A stretch of DNA of 64,000 bases from the human T2T-CHM13v2.0 reference genome, Homo sapiens. The stretch is taken from the NCBI RefSeq assembly GCF_009914755.1, contig NC_060928.1, one strand, 5' to 3'. Shown here piece after piece: positions 1-14,461 of this stretch. A program made the position numbers and the translations under genes. The first letter of the stretch is position 1. Every line of letters starts with the position of its first letter. The notes beneath the pieces are model-generated. The model made no database searches and was not told the DNA's origin. It saw only the letters and a list, made by a program, of their open reading frames with translations.

Positions 1-2870
1 AAATTTTGATCCTATATTTTCATTTTCCTTTACTTCAAAACATATTTTTAATTAATCTTATCATTTCTTCTTTGCACATGTTTAAAAGTATGATTTTTAA
101 TCTTCAAATATTTTGGAATTTTACAGTTATCTTTCTGTTACTAATTTCTAGTTTAATTCCATTGTTATCTAAGAATATACTTTGCATGATATCAATTTTT
201 TTGAATTTGTTAATCTGTGGTTTATGTCCCAGAATATGTTCTACCTTGGTGAATGTTTTACGTTATGTTTCATTTCTATCAGTTTTTTTTTTTTTTTTTT
301 TGCCTCACAGATTTTGATGCTTTGTTATTAGGTACACACAAGAGAATACATGCAAGTATTGACCTTTTCGTCACTATGTAGTGTTCCTTATTATCAGTCA
401 TAATTTCCGTTTTTAAATGTCTACTTTGTCTGAACTTAATATAATCATTCCAGATTTATTTTGATAAGGGTTAACTAGCATGGCATTCCTTTCTCTATCT
501 ATTTTCTTTGTCTGTTGATATTCAAATAGGTTCTTGGAGACAACATAAAGTTGGGTTTTATATTTTCATCTATTCTGAAAATCTGTATTTTTACTGGTAT
601 ATCATGACCACTTACATTTAAAATGATTATAGGTTTACTATGTTTGTAACTATTTTCTATTTGTTGCATTTGCTGTTTGTTGTTTCTTCTCACTCTTGTA
701 TTGCCTTCCCCCCTATTTCTATCTTCTCTGGATTTAATTGAATTTTTGGTATTATTCCATTTTATATGAGTTTTAGCTTATCAATATACAACATTTTGAA
801 TTTTTAAATAGCTGTCCTAGAGTTTGCAATGTACATTTACAACTAATAAGTCCACCTTCAATTAACACTATTTATTACTTTATACAGTTATATTTTAGAT
901 CACTTTGGGAATATGATACAATAAAAGGTATTTTATCTTTATTCCTCCTCTGATGATTTCCTTTCTTTAGTAAGTCTAAATTTCTATTATATATTACATT
1001 TTCTTCTCCAAGAATAAGTTCCTTTAAAAGTTATTGCATGGTAGATCTCCTGGAAATGAATTTTTTTAGTTTCCTTTGGTTGGAGAGAGACTTTATTTCT
1101 CCTTTATTTTGAAGAATAATTTCATTAAACATAAAATTCTAGTTTGGTATTTTGTTCTTACTATACTTTAAATATTTAACTCCACTCTCTTGCTGTCATG
1201 TTATCTTATGGGGAGTTTACTCTAATTATTATCTTTTTTCTTCTATAGTTAATGTCATCAGTCATCTACAGAGACTTTCTACAAAATATTCTACAAAGAT
1301 TTTTTTCCTTGCACTTGGTTTTCTACAATTTGAATATAATATGTCTAAATATAGACAGTTTGGTACTTAATCTGCTTGATGTTCTCTGAACATCCCAGAT
1401 TGGTGTTTCGATACCTATCATCAACTTCGTAAAATTTCCAGCCATTATTATTACATCAAGTATGTTTTCTGCTATGGTCTCATATATCTCTCTGGTATTC
1501 CAATTATATTAATGTTACACATTTTGAAATTGTCCTACAGTACTTGGATAGTTTGTTGTTGTTGTTGTTGTTTTCATTTATTTTTCTACTTTCATTTCAT
1601 TTTGGGATGTTTATTTTAATGTATCTTGAAAATCATTAATTCTTTTCTCAGCCATGCCCAATTTACTAATATGTCATTGAGTGGTACTCTTCAAACGTGT
1701 TACATTGTTTATGATTTCTAACATTTTCTTTTGATTTTTTCTTAGAGTTTCCCAGTCTCTGCTTACATTTCACATATGTTTCTGCATATTGTCTAATTTG
1801 TCCTTTAGAGCTCATATATTAATTATAGTTATTTAAAATTCCTTGTCTGATAATTCCAAAATCTGTGTCATATCTGAATCTGATCTGATACATGATTTGT
1901 CTCTTCGGTGTGTGGTTTCTTTCTTTACTTTTAGCATGACTTGTAATTTTTAGTCAAATGCTACATTTGATGTATTGGGTAAAAGCAACTCAGATAACAG
2001 CATTTATTGTAATTTTATGTTAGTCTAATTAAGAGTAGGGCTGTATTTAATGTTTGCTGTAGCCACAGGTTTCAGTAGTTTCCTTTTTGACCTTTATATC
2101 TCTCCTGCTGTCTTTGGGCTTCTCTACAAAATGTTCCCTACATGGAGTCTGCACCTTGCAGCTCTTTCAGTAGTAACCCAATGTTATTATGTTGAAGTCC
2201 TATTGACATGGTGGTAAGGTGTGGAGGAGAGAAGGTGTTTTATATATTTATGATTATGTCTCTGTCTTTTAGTGGTCTGTGTTCTTGTCTTTTGAGTTTC
2301 ACAAGTGTTTCTTAATCTCTCACCTTAGGTTAGCCTGGAAGAGTAAAGGGGTCTCAAGTTGCATAAACACCCTATCCCTAAGAGGGATAAGGCTCTAGTA
2401 AAGTCTTTTATTCTGAGAATTGGCCTTTTATAAGAGGTACATTCTGGACCCAATTCAAAATGGCTTGTCATGAGGATATCTTTCTAAGTTCTTCACTGTG
2501 TAAGTCTGGTCAGTTTGTGAAGGTAAAACACATAAAAGTTTATCTCCTTCCCCCAAGCAGTAGCTCTCAGGGGTTTATCAACTCTCACACTAGTCCATAA
2601 TCAGCATCTATCAATTCATCAATTTACCATTTAAGTTTTCTTACCAGTTTATGACTTCAAGAGATTTTGTTTCAGCTGCAATTTTCTGTATTTGCCTGTT
2701 TCTCCAGATTTCAGAGATGGTCTTCACCCACAATCTCTGTGGATCTTAAAAAGTTCAGATCTTTATGGATACTATAAAACAAGTCATTGACCCTTAATTT
2801 GTTCTGCATTTTTCTTGTTGTAAAGATGGGAATGACAATTCCCAAGTTCTTTATATATTTGTGCTAAAAC
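1..2870 (-). mobile_element. Old degenerate L1M fragment (ORF2 5' end / ORF1 / 5' region), antisense
   Basis: T-rich sequence resembling antisense L1 (e.g. 'tttctagtttaattccattg', 'tttttgaatttgttaa', 'gccattattattacatcaagtatgttttctg'); no intact ORF; boundaries approximate. Confidence 0.65.
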
Positions 2871-5501
2871 AGTAAGTAAATGAAAACAGCTTTACTAAGA
2901 TGTAATTTGTACACCATAAAATCTAACATTGTAAATATACAGTTGTATAATTTTGGTAAATTATTACAGTTGTAAAACAATCACCACAATCTAATACTTC
3001 AACATTTCCATCATTCAGAAAATTTTTCTTGTTCCCTCTGTCAGTCAACATTTCCCACCCCGAGACACAGACAAGCACTGATCTGCTTTCAGAATCTATA
3101 ATTTTGCATTTCCTAGAAATTACATGTAAAATGAATCCCAGAATAAGAATTATCTTGTTTTTCTTTCTTTCAACATAATGTTTTTGTGATTCATTAATGT
3201 TGCATGTGTCAATAGTTCATTGTTTGTTATTACTGAATATTATTTGATTCTAAAATGTGTATGTGGCATATTTTGTTTATTCACTAGTTGATGGGAATAT
3301 GGCCTATTTCTTGTATTTTGCTATTTTGAATAATTCTGCTAAGAATATTTATGTGCAAGTCTTTCTGTGAACATATGTTTTCATGTCTCTTGAGTAATTA
3401 CGTAGGAGTGAAATTCTTGGGTTATATGGTAAATTTAGATAAAGCTTTTAAAGAAACTACCAAAAAGTGTTCCAAAGTGGCTGTAGTTTTATATTCCCAC
3501 CAGCAATGTATGAGGGTTCCAGTTTCTCCATATTCTCAACATGAGTTAGCACAATTTGTCTTTCAGATTATGCCTTTTCTAGTGGTCACATTTCAACTTA
3601 CGTTTCCCTAATGAGATATTATTTTGAACATATTTTCATGTGCTTATCAGCCACTCTTATGCTTTCTTTGGTGAAATCCACATTCAAAACTTGTGCTCAT
3701 TTCAATAATTGAGTTGTCTTTTTGTTACTTCATTGAAGTGTCCTTGATAGACTTTAAATAAAAGTTCTTTTTTGAATATATGATTTGTAAATATTTTCTA
3801 CCAATCTGTACCTTATCTTTCTGTGGACTTAATGATATGTTCTGAAAGCAAAATATTTTTATCGTGATATCAGTTTTTTAAAAGGGTGGATAAAGTTTTG
3901 TGTCACAACTGAGAACACTTTGCCTTATCCAAACCTATGAGGATTTTCTGAAATATTTTGTTAGAAGTTTTGCAATTTTTTTTTTTTTTTTACCGTTAGG
4001 AGTGTTTTTGTAGACAATATGAAGTAAGGTTCTAATTTTACTTTTTTGCATATAAATCTAACAGTTCCAGCATTTTTAAAATGTGTAAAAATTAACTGAC
4101 CATAGGTCAACATTTGGACTTGTTATATTGTCTATTTGATTTATGTATGTCGATTACTGTAGCTTTTTATTAAATTTGAAATCAGGTAGTATAAGTCCTC
4201 CAACTTTATTCATTTTGAAAATTGTTCTACTATTGCAGTTCCTTTGCAGTTTATATTAATTTTAGGTTCAGATTTTTAACTTCTAAAATGATTCTTCTGG
4301 AATTTTAATAACATTTGTATTAAATTTATAGGTTGATTTGGAAAATCCTAGGGAGAAAATATTCAGTGTTTAAACAATAAGTGTCTTATTTACTTTTGCT
4401 TTTTTGTAGATATTTCTTATCAAGTTGAAAAAAATCCTTTCTGCTTCTAGTTTGTTGAAAAACTGAAGGATAATGTGTAATGAGTTATGTAAGATAGTTT
4501 TTCTTCATCTATTTGAGAAATCTGGTAGCTTTTGTTCTTTATTCTGCTGAAGTGGTATACTAGATTATTTTGCTTCCAATCTTAAATCTTCTTTGTATTG
4601 TAGGATACATTAATTCCTGGGATACACCCAGTTGGTTATGCTGTAGAATCCTTTAAATATGTTTTCAGAATCAACATGTTAACATTTTGTAATGATATTG
4701 CATCTTTTGGTGAGAAATATTAGTATGTAGTTTTCTACACTAATAAAGCCTCCATTTTGCTTTGGTATCACCTCAATTCTGGCTTCATAGGTTAGGTTAG
4801 TAATTTTTCCTTCTTCTCTACATTCTGAAAGTTTATGTTGTAGTGGTATTGTTTCTTCTTCAGTGTTTGATAAAATTTACCTGTGATGCAATCTAAGCCT
4901 AGAATTATATTTATACAAAGATTTTTATTATGACCTAATTTTTATTACTTCTTGGGTCTATTCAGGTTTTCGATTTTCTTTTCAGTCAGTTCTGGTAAAT
5001 AATATAGTTCGGGTAATTTTTAAAATTTTATCTATGTTGTCTTATTGGTTGGCAAAAAGCTATTCCTAATATCCTGTTAAGGTAATTTTAACTTCTGAAG
5101 GATCATTGATGATAATTTCTCTTATTCCTGATTTTGGTAATTTGTGTCGCCTATATTTTTCCTGATCATTCGAGAGAGAAGTTTAAAAATTATACGGATT
5201 TTCAAAAAGAACAAATTTTCTATTTTAGTTACGTTTATTCTACTGATTTTCATTATTTATTTCACTGATTTCCACATTGATATTTATTATTTTCTTCTGC
5301 TCACTTCAAGTATCATTTACTGTATTTTTATTGTTCTCAGGTGGGAGCTGAGGTTATTAGTTTGAGATCCCTTTTTTGTTTCCAATATAGGCATTTAGTG
5401 TTATAAATTTCACACTGAAGCTTCTTCACTTGCAATGTACAATTTTTGATATTTTATGTTTTCATTGTCATTCAGGTCACAATACTTTCTTAGCTTCCCT
5501 T

Positions 5502-5547
5502 TGATTTCTTCGTTCACTTATGGGTGATTTCTTCGTTCACTTATGGG
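5502..5547. repeat. Perfect 23-bp tandem duplication (tgatttcttcgttcacttatggg x2)
   Basis: Read directly: 5502-5524 and 5525-5547. Confidence 0.95.
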
Positions 5548-5567
5548 TTATTTAAAAGTCTATTTAC

Positions 5568-5865
5568 GGCCAGGGAGGTGGCTCACGCCTGTAATCCCAA
5601 CACTTGAGGAGGCTGAATTGGGCGGATCACGGGGTCAGGAGTTCGCAATCAGCCTGACCAACATGGTGAAACCCTTTCTCTACTAAAAATACAAAAATTA
5701 GCTAGGCGTGGTGTGCCCACCTGTAGTCCCAGCTACTCAGGAGGCTGAGGCAGGAGAATCGCTTGAATCCGGGATTCAGAGGTTGCAGTGAGTTGAGTCA
5801 AGATAGCACCACTGCACTCCAGCCTGGGTGACACAGCGAGATTCCGTCTCTGAAAAAAAAAAAAA
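5568..5865 (+). mobile_element. Full-length Alu (AluS-type)
   Basis: Dimeric Alu with A-rich linker and poly(A); TSD aaaagtctattta (5554-5566) / aaaagtgtattta (5862-5874). Confidence 0.97.
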
Positions 5866-7184
5866 GTGTATTTAAGCTTTAGTTACTAGAGGATTTCCCA
5901 GTTACTATTCTGTTATTGACTTCCAATTTAATTCTATTTTGGTCAGAGAGCATTCATGCATGAATTAAATCATTTTAAATTTATTGAGATGTATATTATG
6001 GTCCATAAAAATATAGTTCACTTTGATAAATTGTTCATGGAATCTTAAGAAAACTATATTCTGTTATTTCTGGATAAATTAGACCACTTTAGATTATCAT
6101 ACTATTTAAGTATTCTATATAGTTGGTAATTTTTGTAAGAGTTAAAATCTTTGACTATAACTGTGAAGTTGTCTATTATTGGTAGAGACAGAAGATCTAC
6201 CAGATTCTGCTTTATGTCTTTTGATGATCTGCATTAAGGTGTATAAATCTGATTGGTTAATTGGCTCCTTATTTATTATGCAATAGCCCTCCCCTCCCTA
6301 ACATTATTTGTTTGCTCCTAATCTTATTTTTGTCGTTAATAATGATAGTTTATTTTTTATTAATGTAAGCATGGCCTATAATATTCTATATTTTCCTTTT
6401 AACTTACTTTATATTTAAAGTAGTTTCATATAAGAAGCATATCATTGGATTTTGCTTTTCTAAATCCAATATTACCATCTCTTCTATTTAATTTAGCTGT
6501 TCTGACCACATACATTTAATGTACATATTAATAGCAATTAAAAATTTAAAAAAATTTATTCTAACTTATTTGATTCACATTTTCTCTTTTTATGCTACCT
6601 TTGACTAAATTAGGCAATTTTTTTTGTGTGGTTTCATTGTTTGTATTTTCTTTGGAGACTTGTTGCCTTGAAGAGAGCAATTTATATAGTAAAAGATTCA
6701 TCATTTTTGTGGAGAACCGAATAAATGTTTCATTTGAAAATCAATATATCAAGCATATTTTAACAAAATTAGAAAAAATAAAATATTAATTTACCAACAT
6801 AAGTAAATTCACATATAAAACTCTTAACATGTAGCAATTTTTATATTCCATTTTTACCCTTTGTTACATTATTTACTGTAAATCATGTATATATTAGTAG
6901 TTTCACTAAAGTTTATAGTTTATATTTTTAACTCATAACATTCTATATTCAGGTAACATTACAAAATTTAACATGTAGTTTAGGAACCCTTAACAACACA
7001 TTCCATTCCTTCATGTTATGCATTTTTAAGGGAAATGGGCTCTTATCCATAAAATTCAGTGGGCTTACAAAGTAGCTTATGACTCATAAGCAAGTGGCCG
7101 TATGTTATGATAAAATGATTCTTTAATGACATTAGGTCATTACAACACCTTGTAGTTTGTACTGTTATACAAAATGTTGTATTT

Positions 7185-7291
7185 ATAATTATTATTACTA
7201 CTAGTAGTAGTAGTAGTGTTAGCAGTAGAGATCCCCCTGCCTCGGCCTCCCACAGTGCTAGGATTGTAGGTGTGAGCCACCATGCCTGGCC
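7185..7291 (-). mobile_element. Alu left-arm fragment preceded by (ATT)n/(TAG)n simple repeat
   Basis: 'gatccccctgcctcggcctcccacagtgctaggattgtaggtgtgagccaccatgcctggcc' is an antisense Alu 5' end. Confidence 0.85.
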
Positions 7292-7349
7292 AGTTTTTTC
7301 TAATATTAAACAATAGAAATATTCATCTAAATCAATACATATTAATAAC

Positions 7350-7805
7350 AATTAAATGAGCTTCCTAAATATGCTGTAAAATTTATCAAAAATTGGAGGG
7401 CTTAAAACAATAGGTAATTTTTTTTCACAGTTCTGGAGGCTAGACATCCAAAATAGCAGAGCCACAGACAGCCTGCATATTCTGGGGAGACTCTTTCCTA
7501 GCCTCTCCCAGCTTCCAGTGCCTCCTGGAATTTCCAAGCTTCCTTTCCCGAATCACTCTCATCTCTACTTTCTTGGTCACATTGCCTCTTCTCCTTCAGA
7601 TATCTCTCCTCTGGGTATCTTTTAAGGTCATTTTTTATTGGATTTAGGGCCTACCTGGATAATCCAGGATGATCTCATCTTGAGAACCTTACATTAATAA
7701 CATCTGCAAAGACCTTTCTCCAACTGACCCCACATGTATAAGTTCTGTAGCTTAGAATATAGCCATATATCTCAGGGTAGGGGAGTACTATTCAGCCTAT
7801 GATAA
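7350..7805 (-). mobile_element. MaLR solo LTR (MLT1B/C/D-like)
   Basis: 'ggcttaaaacaa...cacagttctggaggctag', 'attggatttagggcc...ataatccaggatgatctcatcttgag', 'acatctgcaaagacc'. Confidence 0.8.
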
Positions 7806-8339
7806 GAATCAAAAAATAAAAGTGACAGTGATAGATAAAATTAAGTCATAAAGATACAATAATCCATGAATATTGTTTCAAAATTCATTAATAAAGTTGT
7901 ATTAACCTGATATAATACAGCTTAAATTTCATTTAAATGTTTATTCATGGAGATATTTTAAAAGAAACAAGACAGTGAGCATTATTTTTATCAAGAATTC
8001 TTTGGAAATAGGCTCCTTATTAAACCTTCATTGGCATCTACTGGCATAGAGATCCCTCAGATTTTGTAGTTTATTTCAGAGACAGCAATAGGTCAGAAAA
8101 TTATTGGTTTAGGGAATAACATAAAATGATGTGATATTTATTCAGAAGTTAACTGAGTGTTCAAAATAAAGGAATTGTCATGAAATTATTTATTATATTC
8201 TATTATTCAGTATATAGTCTATGTGCTTTTAATTTCTATTATGTTTAATTATGAACACTGACATTTATTTTGATTGATGTGCTGCTCTACTTCACATGGC
8301 TCTATTTGGTTTTCCCAGACATTCTTCAACACAACATTT

Positions 8340-9630
8340 GACTTCAAGACTGAATAAAGCTAAAATATTCAACAAAGTGTGGTTTGGCATTATTGAAAAA
8401 TAGATCAATTGGAAAGAATGGGGAGCCCTGAAATAGCCTCCCACAGGTATATATAGTTGTCCTGTCATATCGGTAGATGATTGGTTTCAGGATCCCCCTC
8501 AGACACCAAAATCCACAGATGCCCAAGTCCCTTATATAAAATGGCATAGTACTGCATATAAGCTACATACATCCTCTCATATACTTTAAATCATCTTTAG
8601 ATTAATTATCCTATATAATGCAGTATAAATTCTATATGAATAGTGGTTCTACTATATTGCTTAGGGAATTATGACAAGGAAGAATATCTGCCTAGTACAG
8701 ATGCAACTGACGGATTTTATTTTTTAATTTTTTTTTAATCTGTGGTTATGTTGAATTCACAGATGTGAAATCCACAGATATGGAGTGCTAACTCTAATCT
8801 AACTTTTGACAAAGTTGTCAAAAGGCAACTGAGTGGAAAAAACATAGGCTTACCAAAAATGGTTCTACAATAACTTAATATCCATATGCAGATAGTCTAT
8901 ACCTTGCACTGTATACAAAACTCAATTCAAAGTGGATAGTAGAACTAAATATAAACCTAAAACTGTGAGAATTCTACAAGAAGATATAGGAAAGAAAATT
9001 TATTATCTTATAATAGGCAAATGTTTCTTAGTCACAATAACAAAAGCATGACCCACAAAGAAACAAATTGATACATTTGATTAAAATTCAGAGTCGGTCT
9101 TTCAAGACCCTGCTAAATTAATAAAAGGTAAAACACCTTGAATGTATCATTATATTTCCACTCTTAGGTATTAAGAGAAATGAAAGCATTTGTCTTCAGA
9201 CATTTCAAGCACTTTTTTAATAGCTATTCTATTTTTAATAGCAATAAAATGGAGAAAACACAATAGAATACTATTCAGTTATAAAAAATAAACTATTGGT
9301 AAGCATGACATGGATGAATCAGTATAATTGAGTAAAACAGACACCCCTTCTTCCCTACCAAAAGGAGTGTATAATATATGAATTCATCTCAACAAAATTC
9401 TGGAAAATATAAACCAATCTTAATGGTTCTACAAAGCAGGTCAGTGGTTGCCCGAAGTATGTCAGAGGGAGAGGTTATCAGGGAGTAGACAGAAATTTTG
9501 GAGTTGATGGATAAATTAATTATTTTGATGGCATGTTAGTACCATGGTGTAAACATTTGATAAGTCAAAACTTATCAAATAGTATACTTTAAATACACAC
9601 ATGTTTATAGTTTATTGCATGTAATAAAAA
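8340..9630 (+). mobile_element. Old L1M ORF2 3' end / 3'UTR, interrupted by MER2
   Basis: 'atagatcaattggaaagaatggggagccctgaaata', 'aaacctaaaactgtgagaattctacaagaa', 'catggatgaatc', 'tcaaaacttatcaaat'. Confidence 0.7.
8454..8794 (+). mobile_element. MER2 (TcMar-Tigger non-autonomous DNA transposon)
   Basis: 'caagtcccttatataaaatggcatagta', 'tactttaaatcatct', 'tagggaattatgacaag'; degenerate terminal inverted repeats; ~340 bp. Confidence 0.88.
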
Positions 9631-10289
9631 TGGTTGTATAACTATATATATCGCTTATTGCATGGAAATTTTAACTCAGTAATTAGTTACAGCATTGTGG
9701 ATGGCCTGGAGTTGTAGAGTTTTTTCTGGCGGGGGTGGGTAGACAATTATTCTTGTTTGCTTTCTGTCAAAAAGTGGGGGTCACATGCAACAGACTAGAC
9801 TAACTTAAATAATGTTCAAAAAAGACGTTCAAGATGATGCCCTGGTCAATCCAAGAAATCCTACTCAGGTTTATGTGTGGAGCAGTATAAGACAAATCGA
9901 TCCATGGAACAGGATAAAAGTGTAGATATAGAGTCTCACATACGGGGACAGTTGAGTTTTGACCAAGGTACCCAGTCAATCCATGGAACTAGAACACTGC
10001 CCCTGGTGGAGTTTTCCCACAAAAACTAAGGAGCATGAATATCTATATTAAAAAAAAAAAGTCATAATTTTTACCTGTGTCATTCTCAATACATAAATTC
10101 CTTTCAGAGAAGTTATATACGTAAAAAGCTAAAAATATACTTTGTAACAATAACGTAGGTGTAAATGTTCTGGAAAATATCTAGCATGCAGCATAGGAAA
10201 AGAAAAAAATGAGTTAGACTCTGTATAATTTAAAATACCTGCCCATCAAATAAAATAATTAAAAAAATTATAAGATAATAAACATATTT

Positions 10290-10595
10290 GGCTGGCCGTG
10301 GTGGCTCGCCCCTGTAATCCCAGCACTTTGGGAGGCCGAGGAGGGTGGATCACAAGGTCAGGAGATCGAGACCAGCCTGGCCAAGATGATGAAACCCTGT
10401 CTCTACTAAAAATACAAAACATTAGCTGGGCATGGTGGCAGGTGCCTATAGTCCCAGCTACTCTGGAGGCTGATGCAAGAGAATGGCGTGAATCCAGGAG
10501 GCTGAGCTTGCAGTGAGCCAAGATCACACCACTGCAGTCCAGTCTGGGCAACAGAGTGAGACTCCGTATCAAAAAAAAAAAAAAAAAAAAAAAAA
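10290..10595 (+). mobile_element. Full-length Alu (AluSc/Y-type)
   Basis: Dimeric Alu, 25-A tail, perfect 17-bp TSD agataataaacatattt (10273-10289 / 10597-10613). Confidence 0.98.
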
Positions 10596-10816
10596 TAGAT
10601 AATAAACATATTTGGAGAATACAGTCCCAATACTTTTTTTCTAACAGTAAAACACATATTTGGAATACATAAAGAATTTCTACATATTGAAAATTAAAAA
10701 TGGGCAAAATCTTAATCAAATACATCGGAAAAGATGACACACAGATGACCAATAAGCATATGAAAAGGTTTTCAATATCAATAGTTATTAAGGAATCCAA
10801 ATCAGGACCACTGTTT

Positions 10817-10819
<3 letters not shown>

Positions 10820-10863
<44 letters not shown>

Positions 10864-10874
10864 ACACACACACA
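10820..10874. repeat. (CA)n microsatellite with one TA interruption
   Basis: Read directly. Confidence 0.98.
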
Positions 10875-11795
10875 AATGGTTAAGATTTCAGTAAACAGAA
10901 AATGACTAATCATAAAAATGTAAGCAATAATTTGGAGAAACCAGAAATTCCAAATATTTCAAATATTTCCAGTTACCATGAAAAATATTATGATTGTTTT
11001 GAACAATTAATAATTTCTTTAAAAATTAAGCATACACTTAGGACTTCTATTTATGCAAAATGTAAGAAAAATCATGCCTATAAAATATTTACACAAGAAT
11101 ATTTATAGTAGTCTTATTCATAAGAGCCAAAAAAATTAGAAACACCCAAGCTTCATCAATAGGACAATGGAAAAATATGTTGTGATATATCACAACAATA
11201 GCATACTATCAGATAATAGAAAGGAATAAATTATCGACATATAAAAGAAAATTGATGAATCTCAAAAGCATTAAGTTACTTGAACATAGGTTGCTTCATA
11301 TGAGCAGAGTGCAATAACAGGCAAAACTAAAGGGTGGTGACAGAAATAAGAAAGTAGTAACCTGGGATAGGAGATAGTTTACCAAAAGAAGGCAGGTGGC
11401 AATCTTCACTTTCTGGTCGCTGAAGTAATATAAATCTTGTTTGGGGTTCGTTTATAAGCATCAATTGCCAAAACTCATTGAGACTGGCACTTTTGAACCA
11501 CATCTTATATGTACTTTTTACAATTAAAAATAATATGTGCTTTTATGGCTAAATGTTATCATGTAGTTTATAGTCCTTTATATTTTTATAGGACTAGTGT
11601 CATCTCTCACTGGGCCTCTCAAACAAAATGATTTTAGTATTAGAGTAAAAAAAAATCTTCCTTTCTAATACATTATTTACTGCTTAACATTTTTCTAAAT
11701 TTGAATGTGCTTCATATTTTGACCATGACATTCTTATATATTTCCTCTCCCCTCAAGTATTTATAATAGACTGTTAACATTTTTCCTTTTTTGTC

Positions 11796-12095
11796 TGTTA
11801 TTGACTGAAAGTTTTTGTCCCCTAAATATGTTATGTTGATGCCCTAAACCCATACATGGCTGTCTTAGGAGATGAGAGTTCTGAGGACGTAATTATGGTT
11901 AAATAGGTCCTAAGTGGGAGGGTCTTGATCCAATAAGGTTAGTGTCCATATAAGAAGAGACTCCAGAGCATTGTCTTTCTCTCTCTCTTGCGCTCTCTCT
12001 TTCATCTATCTCTGGGTCTAGGAAGAGTCATGTGAGGATACAGAAAGGCAGTATTCTACAAATCAGAAAGAAAAGCTTCACCAAAACTCAACTTC
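11796..12095 (+). mobile_element. MaLR LTR fragment (MLT1A-like)
   Basis: 'tgttattgactgaaagtttttgtcccctaaa...atgttga', 'ttagtgtccatataagaagaga', 'catgtgaggatacag'. Confidence 0.7.
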
Positions 12096-12876
12096 CAAAA
12101 AGCAGTCTATTGTTTTGGGTCTCTCTTAGCTCTGATGAGGAGTCACCCATATTTCTTTTTGATATTCCCCTCTACATTATGTGTATATCCCCGCTCTCCC
12201 TGCTTTTTAAGCCTTTTCTTTTTTTGGCATCCAACAACTTGACTGAAGTACCTAGACATGTGCACACACATGCACATGGCCACGCTGGAGTTAATTGCAC
12301 TTCTTAGAACTGTGGGTTATATTTTCTTCTCAATTTCATAATAATTTAGGCCAGTATTGCTTTTTCCCTTTAACTTCTAGCCACATACCCTCTCCTTTCT
12401 TCTTCTGTACCTCTCTCTGTTTTCACATGTTTTAGATTGCTTGGTTTTGTCTCATATATTCTGAGTATTATTTCACGTCCCCTGTTTAGATTTTTTCTTT
12501 TGGTATATCTTTTTGTGGATTAGTGCATTCCCCTGCTGTGTCAGATACCAATTAATCCCATCATATTAATTCTTTATTTCTGATGCTTCCTGGGTTTTTC
12601 TAATGTTTAAGTTATATTCCTTTTTATGGTTTCCATCTCTTTTCTAGTATTCCTTATCTTATTTTCTGTAGTTATTCTAGACACTGTCCGATAATTTCAA
12701 TATATGGGCCAGCTGTGGGTTTGCTTCTATTACCTATTATTTCTATTGACCAGAATTCTTATTTCTTTACAGATTTCATTACCATCTGTGTTATTCTTTT
12801 TCTCCTGCTGATTTTTCAGGGACAAAGAAGCTACTGGTCTCACCCTGTGTAATTCTATAACTAGAAGGCATAATTT

Positions 12877-13128
12877 AGGTAGGAGGACTGTTTGAGGCCA
12901 GGAGTTCAAGACAAGACTGGGCAGTATAGTGAGGCTCCCGTCTCTATAAAACAAAACAAAAAAACCCTCAGTGTAGTGGCATGCTACTGCAGTCTTAGCT
13001 ATTGAGGAGGCTGAGGCAGGAAGATCACTTGTACCCAGAAATTCAAGGTTACAGTGCACTATAATCATGCCACTCTACTCCAGCCTGCATGACAGAGTGA
13101 GACCCTATCTCTGTCTCTCAAAAAGAAA
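12877..13128 (+). mobile_element. 5'-truncated AluJ
   Basis: 'tttgaggccaggagttcaagac', 'gatcacttgtacccagaaattcaaggttacagtg'; TSD-like aaggcataattt / aagacataattt. Confidence 0.9.
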
Positions 13129-14461
13129 GACATAATTTGACAAGAAACATGGATAGGTGTTATTACAAGTTAAATACAGGTACAATTAAATGTCATGTTA
13201 AAATTGGTTAAGATCAGAAATAAAAGAGAAACCACAGAATTGTGATCAACATGGATTTAGAATAATTGACTATAGGCAGCATAATCAAGGAGAAACAATA
13301 ACAACTAACAATTATCAATGCCCTCTTTCCTATAGAGACAAGACTAAAAGACATATGTGTGTTTTTATTTTTATTTTTTGGAAATGCACACCATGTTTAT
13401 TATTATGGAAGGTAGTGTTTGTGTGTGTATGACACACACTTTCCCTACTGGAGAGACATGAACACATGTTATGCACATACCCACATATTTATACGCATCA
13501 TTTCAATATCATATTAACATGCTTTAGATAAAATATATTTTTAATTGTATTCATCCAAAAATATAATGGAATGCATTTAAAGCAATTTATCTGTTTCCTT
13601 TTTCCTTCTTTTATGTTCTACTTACATTTCTCCTTTATCTTTTCTTACTCTTTAAAATTAAATAAAATACCAATAGAATGTAGCAATTAAGTGGAATATA
13701 AATGATTCACATGGTGAATAAAAGAGAGATCCTTTGTGTGGTGTACTTGCCTAAGTAAAAGTTGTTTTATATGTGCCTTATATATTTCTATTCTGACAGT
13801 GTTGGAGAAAACCCATTATCCCTTTCATCAAAAAAGCCCAGTTTGAAGGGTAAAAATAGTAACATTTTTTATTTACAATGGTGTATCTAAAAAATTTTAA
13901 GCTTATAGTATTAATTTATTTTAAAATAATTAAAATTAGTAATAATTTATACCTTTAAAAATAATTTCAACTTTTATTTTAGATGCAGGGGGTACACGTG
14001 AAGGTTTATCACATGTATATATTTCATGATGCTGAGGTTTGGGATCTAATTGATCCCATCACCCAGGTACTAAGGATAGTACTTGATAGTTAGATTTTTA
14101 ACACTTACCTTCCTCACTCCCTGCTCTAGCAAGTCCCTAGTTTCTATTGCTGACATCTTTACATCCACGAGTAGCCATTGTGTAGCTCCTACTTATAAGT
14201 GATAACATGTAGGATTTGGGTTTTCTGTTCCCATGTTAAATACCTTAGGACAATGGTCTCCGTCTCCATCCATGTTGCTACAAAGGATATAATTTCATTC
14301 TGTTTATGGTTCCATAATATTCCATGGAGTACATATACCACATTTTCTTTATTCAACCCAACATTGATGGGCACCTATGTTGATTTCATGTCTTTGCTAT
14401 TGTGAATATTTCTGTGACAAATATAAGTGCATTATCTTTTTGGTGAAATGGTTTATTTTCA

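Larger units (their letters stand above)
2890..6560 (-). mobile_element. Old L1M (L1MD/ME-like) 3' end and ORF2 remnants, interrupted by an Alu
   Basis: Antisense L1 motifs 'aacatttccatca', 'ttcccaccagcaatgtatgagggttccagtttctcca', 'tttcaaaaagaacaaa'; boundaries approximate. Confidence 0.65.
9810..11530 (+). mobile_element. Old L1ME-like 3' remnant containing an Alu and a (CA)n
   Basis: 'tccatggaacaggata', 'acagatgaccaataagcatatgaaaagg', 'gatgaatctcaaaagcatt'. Confidence 0.6.

Noticed and set aside
10246-10875. Longest ORF in the window (209 aa, minus strand)
   Set aside because: Built from (TG)n, antisense L1 and antisense Alu; a typical repeat-derived spurious ORF
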